In this document: positions 9,621 through 18,910 of the stretch, piece by piece
Layout of the letters: each line of letters opens with the position of its first letter
Numbering within the stretch: the first letter of the stretch is position 1
Assembly (NCBI GenBank): GCA_033581555.1
Contig: JAVQSZ010000005.1
Coordinates: 76,832 to 140,831 of the forward strand
Direction of reading: 5' to 3'
From: Nitrososphaerota archaeon
GTDB taxonomy: Archaea; Thermoproteota; Nitrososphaeria_A; Caldarchaeales; Calditenuaceae
DNA: 64,000 nt
Translations under genes and position numbers: made by a program
Notes under the pieces: generated by a model
Seen by the model: the letters and a program-made list of their open reading frames with translations, nothing else
What the model was told of the DNA's origin: nothing
Databases searched by the model: none

Positions 9621-10468
9621 CCCGCGGGCCCCTCGTAGAGCGACCTGAGCACGCCTAGGTCCCTGGAGTAGTCGCCGCGCTCGTCCTCGGGCGTCTCGAT
9701 GATCATCGGGAGCCTCCTGAGCTTCGGGTGGTTGATTATCCTCCTGAAACCTTCCTTCCCGATGTTGCCCAGGCCGATGTGCTCGTGCCTGTCGAGCCTG
9801 CTCCCGAGCCCTCCCTTCGAGTCGTTGAGGTGGAGGACCTTGAGTTCTCTGATCCCGACCAGCTCGTCGAAAGACCTGAGGGTCTCCTCGAGGCCGGTCG
9901 CGGACCTGACGTCGTAGCCGGCTGCGTAGAGGTGGCAGGTGTCGAGGCAGACTCCCACCCGATCCCCGAACGAGAGCCTCCCGAGGATCTCCTTGATCTC
10001 CTCGAACCTCGAGCCGATGCTCCCCCTCTGACCAGCCATGTTCTCGAGGAGGAGCACGCACTTCGGGTCGGCCTCGCCGATCGCCCTCTCGACGGCCCTA
10101 ACGACCTGAGACGTTCCGACCTCAACTCCCTTCCCGAGGTGGCTCCCGATGTGGCAGACGAGGTACTCGATGCCGAGCGCGTCGCACCTCCTCAGCTCCT
10201 CGACGAGCGACCTGACCGACCTCTCCCACCCCTCCTTCACCGGCGAGGCGATGTTCGGGAGGTACGGCATGTGGGCTACGACGACCTCGTACCGCGCCTC
10301 TCTCCTCCGCCTCCTGAACTCCTCGACCTCCTCGTCCCTCAGCTTCCCGGCCCTCCAGCCCCTGGGGTTCCTCGTGAAGATCTGGAACGTCGTACACCCG
10401 AGCTCCTGGGCCCTATCGACCGACTTCGCGATCGACCCTGCTATGGAGACGTGCGCGCCTAGCAGCAT
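9617..10468 (-). CDS. nfo: Endonuclease IV (AP endonuclease)
   Basis: LGAHVSIAG, HMPYLPN, LLENMAG, CLDTCH, HLNDSK, DRHEHIG, ETP. Confidence 0.95.
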   Translation of the reverse strand: MLLGAHVSIAGSIAKSVDRAQELGCTTFQIFTRNPRGWRAGKLRDEEVEEFRRRRREARYEVVVAHMPYLPNIASPVKEGWERSVRSLVEELRRCDALGIEYLVCHIGSHLGKGVEVGTSQVVRAVERAIGEADPKCVLLLENMAGQRGSIGSRFEEIKEILGRLSFGDRVGVCLDTCHLYAAGYDVRSATGLEETLRSFDELVGIRELKVLHLNDSKGGLGSRLDRHEHIGLGNIGKEGFRRIINHPKLRRLPMIIETPEDERGDYSRDLGVLRSLYEGPAG

Positions 10469-10525
10469 CCACGATCACCGGTCCCCCAGACCATAAATGC
10501 TTGTCCCGTCGGCCTGAACCGGTCC

Positions 10526-12238
10526 TCAAAGCAGGAGCGGGATCAGGAACGACGACACCATCAGCGCGAGGTAGACCGCGATCGACCTCTGCGTCAACCT
10601 GGAGAGCCTCTCGAGCGCGTTGCCGCTGAGGGCCGGGACCTCCCTGTGGGCCACCTCGACGACCGAGACATCGGCCTCCTCCAACGACCCCACGGCCCTC
10701 CTCGCGAGCCTCTTCAGCCTCTCCGCGACCTCCCCAGCGCCCACCGCCTCCCCTATCGTCCTGTAGCCCCTTCCGCCGAGACTGACGCCGTTCACCGCGT
10801 GCGTGTCGGTAGTGAGGAACTCCACCGCGTCCCAGCCCTCCTCCCTCACGGCCTCGACGACCGCGGGCCTCACCTCGGGCAGAGCGTTGTTCCCGTCGAC
10901 CACCGCCATCGCGAGCCTGTACCCGTTCACCTCGAGCCCGAAGACCGAGAGCCCCGAGGGCCCCATTCCGTCGGTCGGTCCGATGTCCTCGGGCACCTCC
11001 CTGGCCAGCGCCACTCTCGGCCTGCCGGTCACCCGGTCAGAGCGGCCTACGAACAGCTCGAGCGCAGCCCTGATTCTGGAGAGCTCCCGATCGGAGAGGC
11101 CGTTGTAGCCGTCCATGAAGGAGTTGTGCGGGTCGATCACCCTGACGCCCACGCCGGAGAAGGGCTCCTCGAGGGACTTGGGGAAGTCCTCCATCGGCAT
11201 CGGGTGGAGCGTGGCCACGACGAACGTCCTCCCGCAGGCCTCGAAGCCCGTCACCGTGACGCCGTCGACCTCGCGCTGGGGCAGGATCGACGCGGTCCGG
11301 GAAGGAGTTCCTTTGTGACTCGCGACGGTGTCCGCGACCTCGGTCACGACCCTCATCACGGAGCCCGAGTCGGCGACGTCCGCGTCGTGCCCTGCGCACC
11401 CCTTCACCACCAGGGCCTCGACGCCGCGCCTCGAGAGCTCCAGCTCGACCTGGTAGTTCAGCATCGAGCTCCCGACGTTCCTGAAGGGTCCGAAGTGGAA
11501 GTCGGTCACGACCAGAGCTAGCCTCCTTCCGGAGGAGGTCCTGAAGACCACCGCGGTCGACGCGAAGTCCCTCCTCCCCGAGAGGTGCACCAGCTCCCGC
11601 TCGAGGTGGCCCGAGTCTCCCGCGAGGACCGTCCTCGCGAAGCCCCTCGCTAGCCTGAGGGGCGTGGTCCCGGAGAAGCCAGTGGAGAGCGCTGCTAACG
11701 AGGCGGCGGGCGCGAGGAGCGTAGCGGCGAGCGAGACAACGACCTGGTAGTGGAGCTCGGGCCGCGGCAGCGCGACCGAGTACCTCACTAGAGCCTCGGC
11801 CACGCCGGCGGCGTAGCCCCTGATGGGCCCCTCAAAAGCCGCGAGGACCGTGACCCTGACGTACCCGGAGAGCGAGACCGACGCGAGATAGGCCTTCCAG
11901 GTCCCCTGATCGCCCTGGGCTAGGACCGAGTAGCCCGTGCCCGCCAGGGAGGCCGCGAGCCCGAAGTAGTTCTCGAGGAGGGTGAGCATGTTGAGCCTCC
12001 TGAGCGTGACCACCCTCGACCCCGCGTAAAAGGTCCTCGAGGAGACCAGGTTGACGACCATCGGGAGGATGGCCATCGACGAGGCCCAGGCGACCAGTTC
12101 GGTCGGGGAGAGGGCGGCCAGCTCGACGACCAGCGCGGTCACGAGGGCCGTCGCGAGGACCAAAAGGGGGGCGAAGTCTGCGCCTGGGGGCCTGAAGAGG
12201 AACCTGTACTTAGATGCGATCCCCGAGGCGTCGACCAA
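10526..12238 (-). CDS. DUF2070-family membrane protein
   Basis: Hydrophobic N-half; HFGPFRNVGSS, IDPHN, DGNN, TTDTH motifs. Confidence 0.82.
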   Translation of the reverse strand: MVDASGIASKYRFLFRPPGADFAPLLVLATALVTALVVELAALSPTELVAWASSMAILPMVVNLVSSRTFYAGSRVVTLRRLNMLTLLENYFGLAASLAGTGYSVLAQGDQGTWKAYLASVSLSGYVRVTVLAAFEGPIRGYAAGVAEALVRYSVALPRPELHYQVVVSLAATLLAPAASLAALSTGFSGTTPLRLARGFARTVLAGDSGHLERELVHLSGRRDFASTAVVFRTSSGRRLALVVTDFHFGPFRNVGSSMLNYQVELELSRRGVEALVVKGCAGHDADVADSGSVMRVVTEVADTVASHKGTPSRTASILPQREVDGVTVTGFEACGRTFVVATLHPMPMEDFPKSLEEPFSGVGVRVIDPHNSFMDGYNGLSDRELSRIRAALELFVGRSDRVTGRPRVALAREVPEDIGPTDGMGPSGLSVFGLEVNGYRLAMAVVDGNNALPEVRPAVVEAVREEGWDAVEFLTTDTHAVNGVSLGGRGYRTIGEAVGAGEVAERLKRLARRAVGSLEEADVSVVEVAHREVPALSGNALERLSRLTQRSIAVYLALMVSSFLIPLLL

Positions 12239-12301
12239 CCCGGCCGGCCACGAAGAGCGCTCACTATATCCATGACGTCACCGCCCCCGCAGTGAGTCAG
12301 A

Positions 12302-14029
12302 TCACTTCAGCGGGTGTCCCTTCAGGTCTATGACGGGCTTCGGCGAGAAGCCAGGGGGGTATATCGTCTCCTCGAGCGGCCTGCCGGGAGGGACCATCGG
12401 GAAGACCTTCTCGTCCCTGCTGACCGGGACGTCCAGGACCAGGGCCTGCTCGCTCCTGATGGCCCTCCTGACGTGGGAGACCAGCTCGCCGTAGTCCTGG
12501 ACGAAGTGGGCCTCCACCCCGAACGCCTCCGAGAGCTTGACGAGGTTCGTGACGTCGGTGAAGTCGACGTCCTTGAACCTCCTCTTATAGAAGAGGTCCT
12601 GCCACTGCCTGACCATCCCGAGGCTCCTGTTGTCGAAGACCACCGTGATCACGGGGACGTCGTTCTCGGCCACGTTCGCGAGCGTCTGGCAGGTCATCAG
12701 GAAGCTACCGTCGCCGTCGAGGTTCATGACCACCCTGTTCGGCGCTGCGACCTTCGCCCCGAACGCCGCCGGGAGCCCGAAGCCCATCGTACCGAGCCCG
12801 GCGCTGGTGATGAACGTCCCCGGCTCGAGGACCTTGTAGAAGAGCTGGGCCCACATCTGGTGCTGCCCGACGCCGGTCGTCACGATCGCGGACCTCGGGA
12901 GCTCGTCCCTGAGGAGCTTGACGACCCTCCAGGAGGATAGCGCACCGGAGTCGTCCTGGGAGAGCATGTACTCGTCGTAGGCGGCACCGATCCCCTTCAG
13001 CCTCGGTATCCAACCGGGGTCCACGTCGGACCTCCCCGACCTGATCGCCCTCAGGAGCGACCTCAGCGCAGCCTTGCAGTCCGCCTGGACGAAGACGTCG
13101 GGCCTGACGACCTTCGAGTTCTCCGAGGAGTCAACGTCGACATGTATCAGGGCCTTGCCCTTCCTGAACTCGCTCGCGGGGCCAATGGCCCTATCCGAGA
13201 GCCTCGTACCCACCGCGATCACGAGGTCCGCCTCCACCATCGCGAGGTTCGCCTCGACCCTCCCGTGCATCCCCACCACGCCGAGCACGTTCATGTGGTC
13301 CTCGGGTACGGAGGTCTTCCCGGGCGTGGTTGTCACCACAGGGGCCAGGATCCTCTCGGAGAGCTCGAGGACTTCGTCAGTGGCGCCGCTCGACCAGACC
13401 CCTCCGCCAACGAGTATCAGCGGCCTCCTCGACCTGGCGATCAGCTCCGCGGCCCTCGAGACCGCTTCCTCGCTCGGCTCCGTCGGCGTCCTCGCGAAGC
13501 CCGGCTCGGGCTCGACCGTCAGCTCCTCGCCCACTTCCTCTTGGAAGACGTCCCTTGGAACGTCGACCAGTGTCGGGCCCGCCCGCGGAGACGCGGCGCA
13601 GAAGTAGGCGTTCACGAACTCCTGGGGGAGCCTCTCGGACCGGAGTACGGTCGTCGCGTACTTAACGTGCGGCAGGACCATGCTCACGATGTCCGACTCC
13701 TGGAACGCGTCGGTGCCCATGAAGGGCCTCGTCACCTGCCCGGTTACAGCGACGAGGGGCGCGCTGTCCATCGAGGCGTTCACCAGCCCCGTGATCAGGT
13801 TCGTGGCCCCCGGTCCCGAGGTCGCGGACGCGATCCCGGGCCTCCTCTTCACCCTGGCGTACCCCTCTGCCGCGTGGGCAGCTTGCTGCTCGTGCCTCAT
13901 CAGGTAGCTCCTGATCTCCGAGTCGAGGAGCGCGTCGTAGAAGGGGAGGTTCGCGCCCCCGGGTATCCCGAAGACAGCCTCGACCCCGAGCTCCTCCATC
14001 GTCCTCACGAGCTTCTTGGCCGCGTTCAG
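12302..14029 (-). CDS. ilvB: Acetolactate synthase large subunit
   Basis: FGIPGGA, RHEQ, TSGPGATN, GVGQHQMW, GTMGFGLP, GDGSF, LGMVRQWQ; start probably CTG 14029 (GTG 14008 in track). Confidence 0.95.
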   Translation of the reverse strand: MNAAKKLVRTMEELGVEAVFGIPGGANLPFYDALLDSEIRSYLMRHEQQAAHAAEGYARVKRRPGIASATSGPGATNLITGLVNASMDSAPLVAVTGQVTRPFMGTDAFQESDIVSMVLPHVKYATTVLRSERLPQEFVNAYFCAASPRAGPTLVDVPRDVFQEEVGEELTVEPEPGFARTPTEPSEEAVSRAAELIARSRRPLILVGGGVWSSGATDEVLELSERILAPVVTTTPGKTSVPEDHMNVLGVVGMHGRVEANLAMVEADLVIAVGTRLSDRAIGPASEFRKGKALIHVDVDSSENSKVVRPDVFVQADCKAALRSLLRAIRSGRSDVDPGWIPRLKGIGAAYDEYMLSQDDSGALSSWRVVKLLRDELPRSAIVTTGVGQHQMWAQLFYKVLEPGTFITSAGLGTMGFGLPAAFGAKVAAPNRVVMNLDGDGSFLMTCQTLANVAENDVPVITVVFDNRSLGMVRQWQDLFYKRRFKDVDFTDVTNLVKLSEAFGVEAHFVQDYGELVSHVRRAIRSEQALVLDVPVSRDEKVFPMVPPGRPLEETIYPPGFSPKPVIDLKGHPLK

Positions 14030-15585
14030 GACCCATCACCACCTGTTCTCATGCTGAGGGCCTGCGAGACCGCGCCTCCCACCGCCATCGCGACCGCCAT
14101 CGCCGGGTCGTGGGCGAGCCCCCTTCCGACGAGCGTCGAACCGTTGAACCTCAAGACCACCTCGGCCTCCGCAGGGCACCTGTCCGGGTTGGGCGGGACG
14201 TATACGGAGCACTCGACCACCTCCACTGGGCCCAGGACCCTCGAGACGACGTTCGCGACCGCCGAGATCGAGGCGGAGACCGGCGACCTGCCCCTCCCGA
14301 ACCCCGTGACGCGCTCGCCCCTGAGGAAGACCTCTACCTCGCCAGAGACCTCCCGACCGTCGGCCCTCAACGAGACCGAGATCACCTCGAGGGGCTGCGA
14401 GGAGACCAGCGACGGGTCGTCCCTGACGAGCCCTAGCAGGAGCTGCTCGGTCAGCCTCGCGCCCGTGTCCGCGAGCTCCTTCACCCTCTCCAGGACCCTC
14501 TTCCCCTCCTCGAGGTCAAGCTCGAACCCGTGCTGCCTGAGGACCTCGACGACCGCGTGGGTCCCCGAGTGCTTCCCGACCACTATCCTCCTCCTCTTCC
14601 CGACCAGCTCCGGAGCTATCGGCTCGTAGGTGAGGGGGTTGTTGATGACGCCGTGGACGTGAATGCCGCTCTCGTGGCTGAAGGCGTGGTCCCCGACGAC
14701 CGCCTTGTTCCTCTGGACCACCATCCCGGTGAGGCTCGAGACCAGCCTCGAGACGGCCGCCAGCTTGCTCAGGTCTATCCCGGAGTCGACGCCGTAGAGC
14801 ACCTTCAGGGCCACGACCACCTCCTCCAGGCTCGCGTTCCCAGCCCTCTCCCCGATCCCGTTGACCGTGACGTGGACGATCTCGGCTCCGCCCTCTACGC
14901 CCGCGATCGTGTTGGCGGTCGCTAGGCCCATGTCGTCGTGGCAGTGGACCGCTACCGGAAGGCCCGTGGCCTCCCTCACCTGCCTCGCCAGCTCCCTCAT
15001 CACGAGCGGAATCGCGACTCCTACCGTGTCGGGGACGTCGAGGCTGTCCGCGCCCGCCTCTGCAGCTCCCTTGTAGACCCTCAGGAGGAAGGACCTCTCG
15101 GACCTCGTCGCGTCCTCGCAGGAGAAGTGGACCTCGACGCCACGCGACTTCGCGTACTCGACGCTCTCCACCGCAGCCTCGTAGACCTGCTCCGGCGTCA
15201 TCCTGAGCTTGTGCCTCATGTGGATCTCCGAGGTCGCGATGAAGACGTGGACCCAATCGACCCCCGCGTCCACCGCCCTGTCGATGTCCCTCCTGTCGCA
15301 CCTCGCCAGCGCGCAGACCTTCGGCCCCAGACCCAGCCTCGAGATCTCCCTCACCGCCTCGTGCTCGCCCCTCGAGACGGCCGGGTAACCGGCCTCGATC
15401 ACCGCGACGCCGAGCTCAGCCAGCGCCCTCGCGACCTCCACCTTCTCCTCCTTCCTCAGCGAGACTCCCGGCGTCTGTTCTCCGTCCCTCAGCGTCGTGT
15501 CGAAGACCTGCACCCGCTCGGGGAGGAGACGGAATGCGTCCCGGACAACGCTGCCCCACGACACGGTTCCCACCTCAGGGGGCAA
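14026..15585 (-). CDS. leuA: 2-isopropylmalate synthase-like DRE-TIM enzyme
   Basis: DTTLRDGEQTPG, HCHDD, GIGERAGNA, HESGIH, GKHSG; co-oriented with ilvB. Substrate (LeuA vs archaeal CimA/AksA) inferred from context. Confidence 0.8.
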   Translation of the reverse strand: MPPEVGTVSWGSVVRDAFRLLPERVQVFDTTLRDGEQTPGVSLRKEEKVEVARALAELGVAVIEAGYPAVSRGEHEAVREISRLGLGPKVCALARCDRRDIDRAVDAGVDWVHVFIATSEIHMRHKLRMTPEQVYEAAVESVEYAKSRGVEVHFSCEDATRSERSFLLRVYKGAAEAGADSLDVPDTVGVAIPLVMRELARQVREATGLPVAVHCHDDMGLATANTIAGVEGGAEIVHVTVNGIGERAGNASLEEVVVALKVLYGVDSGIDLSKLAAVSRLVSSLTGMVVQRNKAVVGDHAFSHESGIHVHGVINNPLTYEPIAPELVGKRRRIVVGKHSGTHAVVEVLRQHGFELDLEEGKRVLERVKELADTGARLTEQLLLGLVRDDPSLVSSQPLEVISVSLRADGREVSGEVEVFLRGERVTGFGRGRSPVSASISAVANVVSRVLGPVEVVECSVYVPPNPDRCPAEAEVVLRFNGSTLVGRGLAHDPAMAVAMAVGGAVSQALSMRTGGDGS

Positions 15586-15775
15586 GCGCCGGCGGGGAGG
15601 AACGTCGAGACACGAACTCGTTCGGCTCCGCGAAGTGACAGTTCCGAACTCCGGTCAACCCACGTGCCCGAGCAATAGGCACCACCGGCTTGCACCGACG
15701 CGGATTCTGCTCCGATTTATACCTTCCTAAACGACCGACGGTCGCAGACCTTCGAGGGGTATCGGCTTAATTACA

Positions 15776-16054
15776 GTGCCGGACGCTCTCTCGGCGTTGA
15801 GGGAGCCGAAGTACCAGGTCGAGGTGAAGCAGTCCTCCAGGGCCCTAAGGGTCGAGAGGCAGCTAGTCGAGGAGCTGAAGGGCTCGCTCAGCGCGAAGGT
15901 CATCTCCCGGATGAGGAAGGAGTACGTCGACTGCCCGGTCGCGGGCGCACAGCTCCCCTTCCTGATCTGCTACAACTGCACCTCGTTCATCAGGAGGGTC
16001 TCGGGGGTGGTCCACTGCGAGGGGAAGGAGCAGAGGCTGAGGGACAGGACATGA
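15776..16054 (+). CDS. Small hypothetical protein, putative metal-binding
   Basis: Typical codon usage; DCPV...CYNC...HCEG cysteine pattern. Confidence 0.65.
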   Translation: MPDALSALREPKYQVEVKQSSRALRVERQLVEELKGSLSAKVISRMRKEYVDCPVAGAQLPFLICYNCTSFIRRVSGVVHCEGKEQRLRDRT

Positions 16055-16320
16055 ACCAGGGCATGGTCCTCTCGGGGCTCGTCACAACGGTCTTCGGCGT
16101 GATATTCCTGCTAACGGGCTTCATCCCGCTCGGCGCCCTGATACTCGTCGGGATCGCGATGTTCGTCATCGGGATAGGGGCGCCGCCCTCGGAGCCCGTC
16201 ACCCCTCAGGACCCGACGAAGAAGTTCTGCTGGTACTGCATGGAGGAGATCGACAAGGACGCCACGACCTGCCCCTACTGCGGCATAGAGCAGATCGAGG
16301 AGGGGAAGAAGCGGGGATAG
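16051..16320 (+). CDS. Two-TM protein with C-terminal zinc ribbon
   Basis: Hydrophobic N-terminus, CWYC...CPYCG; ATGA overlap with upstream gene. Confidence 0.75.
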   Translation: MNQGMVLSGLVTTVFGVIFLLTGFIPLGALILVGIAMFVIGIGAPPSEPVTPQDPTKKFCWYCMEEIDKDATTCPYCGIEQIEEGKKRG

Positions 16321-16350
16321 AATTAAAGCGGGCTGGCGGGCGATACGGGC

Positions 16351-17547
16351 ATGCGCGTCGCGCTTGCCTACAGCGGAGGGCTCGACACGACCGTCTCGAT
16401 CAAGTGGCTCCAGGAGAAATACGGTGCGGAGGTGATCACGGTTACCGTCGATGTCGGCCAACCCGAGGACTTCGAGGAGGTCGAGAGGAGGGCGTACACG
16501 GCTGGTGCGGTCAAGCACTACCTGATCGACGGGAAGGCGAGGTTCGCGGAGGAGTTCGTCTCTAAGGCGATCAAGGCGAACGCCCTTTACGAGGGCGAGT
16601 ACCCGGTCTCGACCGCACTGGCGAGGTACCTGATCGCGGAGGAGGTGGCGAAGGTCGCGAAGGCCGAGGGCTGCGACGCGGTCGCGCACGGTTGCACCGG
16701 AAAGGGGAACGACCAGCTGAGGTTCGACGCGACCTTCGCGGTCCTGGTCCCCGAGATGAGGGTGATCGCGCCCGTCAGGGAGTGGGGGATGAGCAGGGAC
16801 GAGGAGGTCGAGTACGCCAGGTCTAAGGGCCTGAGGCTGGACCTGAAGAAGAGCAGGTTCAGCATCGACGAGAACCTCTGGGGCAGGTCCCTCGAGGCTG
16901 GGGAGCTGGAGGACCCGTGGAACGAGCCGCCCTGGGACGCGCTGAAGTTCGTGAGGCCTCCGTCAGAGTGGAGGGACGGCGAGGACCTGGTCGTGGAGTT
17001 CGAGGGAGGCGTGCCGGTCGCGGTCGACGGCGAGAGGATGAGACTCGACGCGATGGTACAGCACCTGAACTTCAGGGCCGGGAGGCACGGGGTCGGGCTG
17101 ATCGACCACATCGAGGACAGAGTTGTAGGCCTGAAGTCAAGGGAGGTCTACGAGGCACCGGCCGCGACCGTACTGATCAGGGCCCACAGGGACCTGGAGA
17201 AGCTGGTGTTGAGCAGGAGGGCCCTCGCCTTCAAGAGGCAGGTCGAGGAGGAGTGGGCCTGGCTCGTCTACGCGGGGCTCTGGTACGACCCGTTGAGGGA
17301 GGCGCTGGACGCGTTCGTCGAGGAGACCCAGAAGGCCGTGGCCGGCGAGGTGAGGTTGAGGCTCGAGAAGGGCGCGCTGCTGGTCAGGGGGAGGAGGAGC
17401 CCTTACTCGGCTTACGCGGAGGACCTGATCACGTACTCGGCCGCGAGCAGGTTCGATCAGCGGGCCGGAGAGGCCTTCTCGAGGATCTGGTCGTTGGAGT
17501 CGCAGATCGTCAACAGGGCCAGGGGGAGGTTCAGGTCCGGCCGCTGA
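16351..17547 (+). CDS. argG: Argininosuccinate synthase
   Basis: LAYSGGLDT, HGCTGKGNDQ, SIDENLWGRS, KSREVYEAP. Confidence 0.97.
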   Translation: MRVALAYSGGLDTTVSIKWLQEKYGAEVITVTVDVGQPEDFEEVERRAYTAGAVKHYLIDGKARFAEEFVSKAIKANALYEGEYPVSTALARYLIAEEVAKVAKAEGCDAVAHGCTGKGNDQLRFDATFAVLVPEMRVIAPVREWGMSRDEEVEYARSKGLRLDLKKSRFSIDENLWGRSLEAGELEDPWNEPPWDALKFVRPPSEWRDGEDLVVEFEGGVPVAVDGERMRLDAMVQHLNFRAGRHGVGLIDHIEDRVVGLKSREVYEAPAATVLIRAHRDLEKLVLSRRALAFKRQVEEEWAWLVYAGLWYDPLREALDAFVEETQKAVAGEVRLRLEKGALLVRGRRSPYSAYAEDLITYSAASRFDQRAGEAFSRIWSLESQIVNRARGRFRSGR

Positions 17548-18910
17548 GGAACTTCTCCCTCACTGCCTCGAACCGCTCCTCCGCTCTCCTGATCACCGAC
17601 TCCTCGTCCATCGTCAGCACCTTTCCGTCCATCACGACCGGTTGACCGTCCACGAGGACGTGGGCGACGTCGCGGCCCGTCGCCGCGTAGATGAGCAGGG
17701 ATACTGGGTCGGTGAACGGGGCCAGCGAAGGGCTGCCGGTCCTGACCACTACCACGTCGCCCCTCTTCCCCCTCTCCAGCGTGCCTACGAGACCTTCCAG
17801 TCCAAGGGCCCTCGCTCCACCGATCGTCGCGACCTCGAGGGCGTCCCAGGCCGTGAAGCGGTCCGGTCCGTGGAGCGCCTTCTGGAAGAGTGCCGCGACC
17901 TTCATCTCCCTCACCATGTCGTAGGAGTCGTTGCTCGGTCCCCCGTCGCACCCCAGGGAGACGTTGACGCCCTTCTCGAGCATCCTCGCGACCGGCGCTA
18001 TCCCCGAACCGAGCTTCGCGTTGGAGGAGGGGCAGTGGGCCACCGAGGTCCCGGTAGCCGCGAACGCCTCCAAGTCCTCCTCCGAGAGCCAGACGCAGTG
18101 GGCGTAGACCCTCTTCCTCCCCAGCAGCCCGAACCCCCTCAGGAAGGACGAGGGCGTGAAGCCCCTCGAGGCGAAGTAGGCCACGTCGTCCCTAACCTCC
18201 GCGAGGTGCATGGTGATGCCCGCGCCGGTCTCCTCCGCGAGCTCCGCTGCCCTTCGAAACATCTCGTCCGAGACCGCTCCCGGCGTCCTGAGCCCGATCC
18301 AGAAGTCGATCCTGCCCCCGCCAGCGCCGGCCCACTTCCTCCTCGCTTCGAGGAACTGCTTGAGGCACTCCTCGCCGTCCTCGACCATGCCCTCGGGGAG
18401 CGCGTTCCCAATCGACGCGTAGCCCTGCAGGTCCATCACCTTCTTCGAGAGCACGGCCCTAATACCGGACCTGAGGACCGACTCGGCTATCCCGTCGATA
18501 CCGTACCTCGCGTGGAGCCCTGCCTCGAGGAACGTCGTAGTCCCGGTCCTGAGCATCTCGAGGACGCAGAGCTCTGCGCTGGCCCTCCCGTCCTCGTTGT
18601 CGTAGACGCCCTGAAGCCTCCAGACCCACTCCCTCAGCCACGGGATCAACGTGACTGTGTCTGGAACGAACCCGCGTATCAGGGCCTGGGCGAGGTGAAC
18701 GTGCGTGTCGACCAGTCCTGGTATCGCGACGCCCCTAGGCTCGTCTATCACCAGGTCGTCCTTAGACCACTTCCCAACGCCGTCGCGCCCGCCGACGTAC
18801 GAGATCTCCCCGTCCTCGACCAGAACGGCTCCGTCCCTGATGACCTCTCCCCTCCTCGCGACCGAGACGACCGCGCCGCACCTGATGAGGACCCTCTCGA
18901 CTCTACCCAT
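17531..18910 (-). CDS. Amidohydrolase (MtaD/guanine/hydroxy-purine deaminase family)
   Basis: PGLVDTHVH, HLAE, AHCVWL, HCPSSNAKLGSG, LGCDG. Confidence 0.88.
   Translation of the reverse strand: MGRVERVLIRCGAVVSVARRGEVIRDGAVLVEDGEISYVGGRDGVGKWSKDDLVIDEPRGVAIPGLVDTHVHLAQALIRGFVPDTVTLIPWLREWVWRLQGVYDNEDGRASAELCVLEMLRTGTTTFLEAGLHARYGIDGIAESVLRSGIRAVLSKKVMDLQGYASIGNALPEGMVEDGEECLKQFLEARRKWAGAGGGRIDFWIGLRTPGAVSDEMFRRAAELAEETGAGITMHLAEVRDDVAYFASRGFTPSSFLRGFGLLGRKRVYAHCVWLSEEDLEAFAATGTSVAHCPSSNAKLGSGIAPVARMLEKGVNVSLGCDGGPSNDSYDMVREMKVAALFQKALHGPDRFTAWDALEVATIGGARALGLEGLVGTLERGKRGDVVVVRTGSPSLAPFTDPVSLLIYAATGRDVAHVLVDGQPVVMDGKVLTMDEESVIRRAEERFEAVREKFLSGRT

Noticed and set aside
15570-15690. Leader peptide attenuator for leuA
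   Set aside because: The short upstream ORF (VVPIARARGLT...) has no run of Leu/Ile/Val codons.
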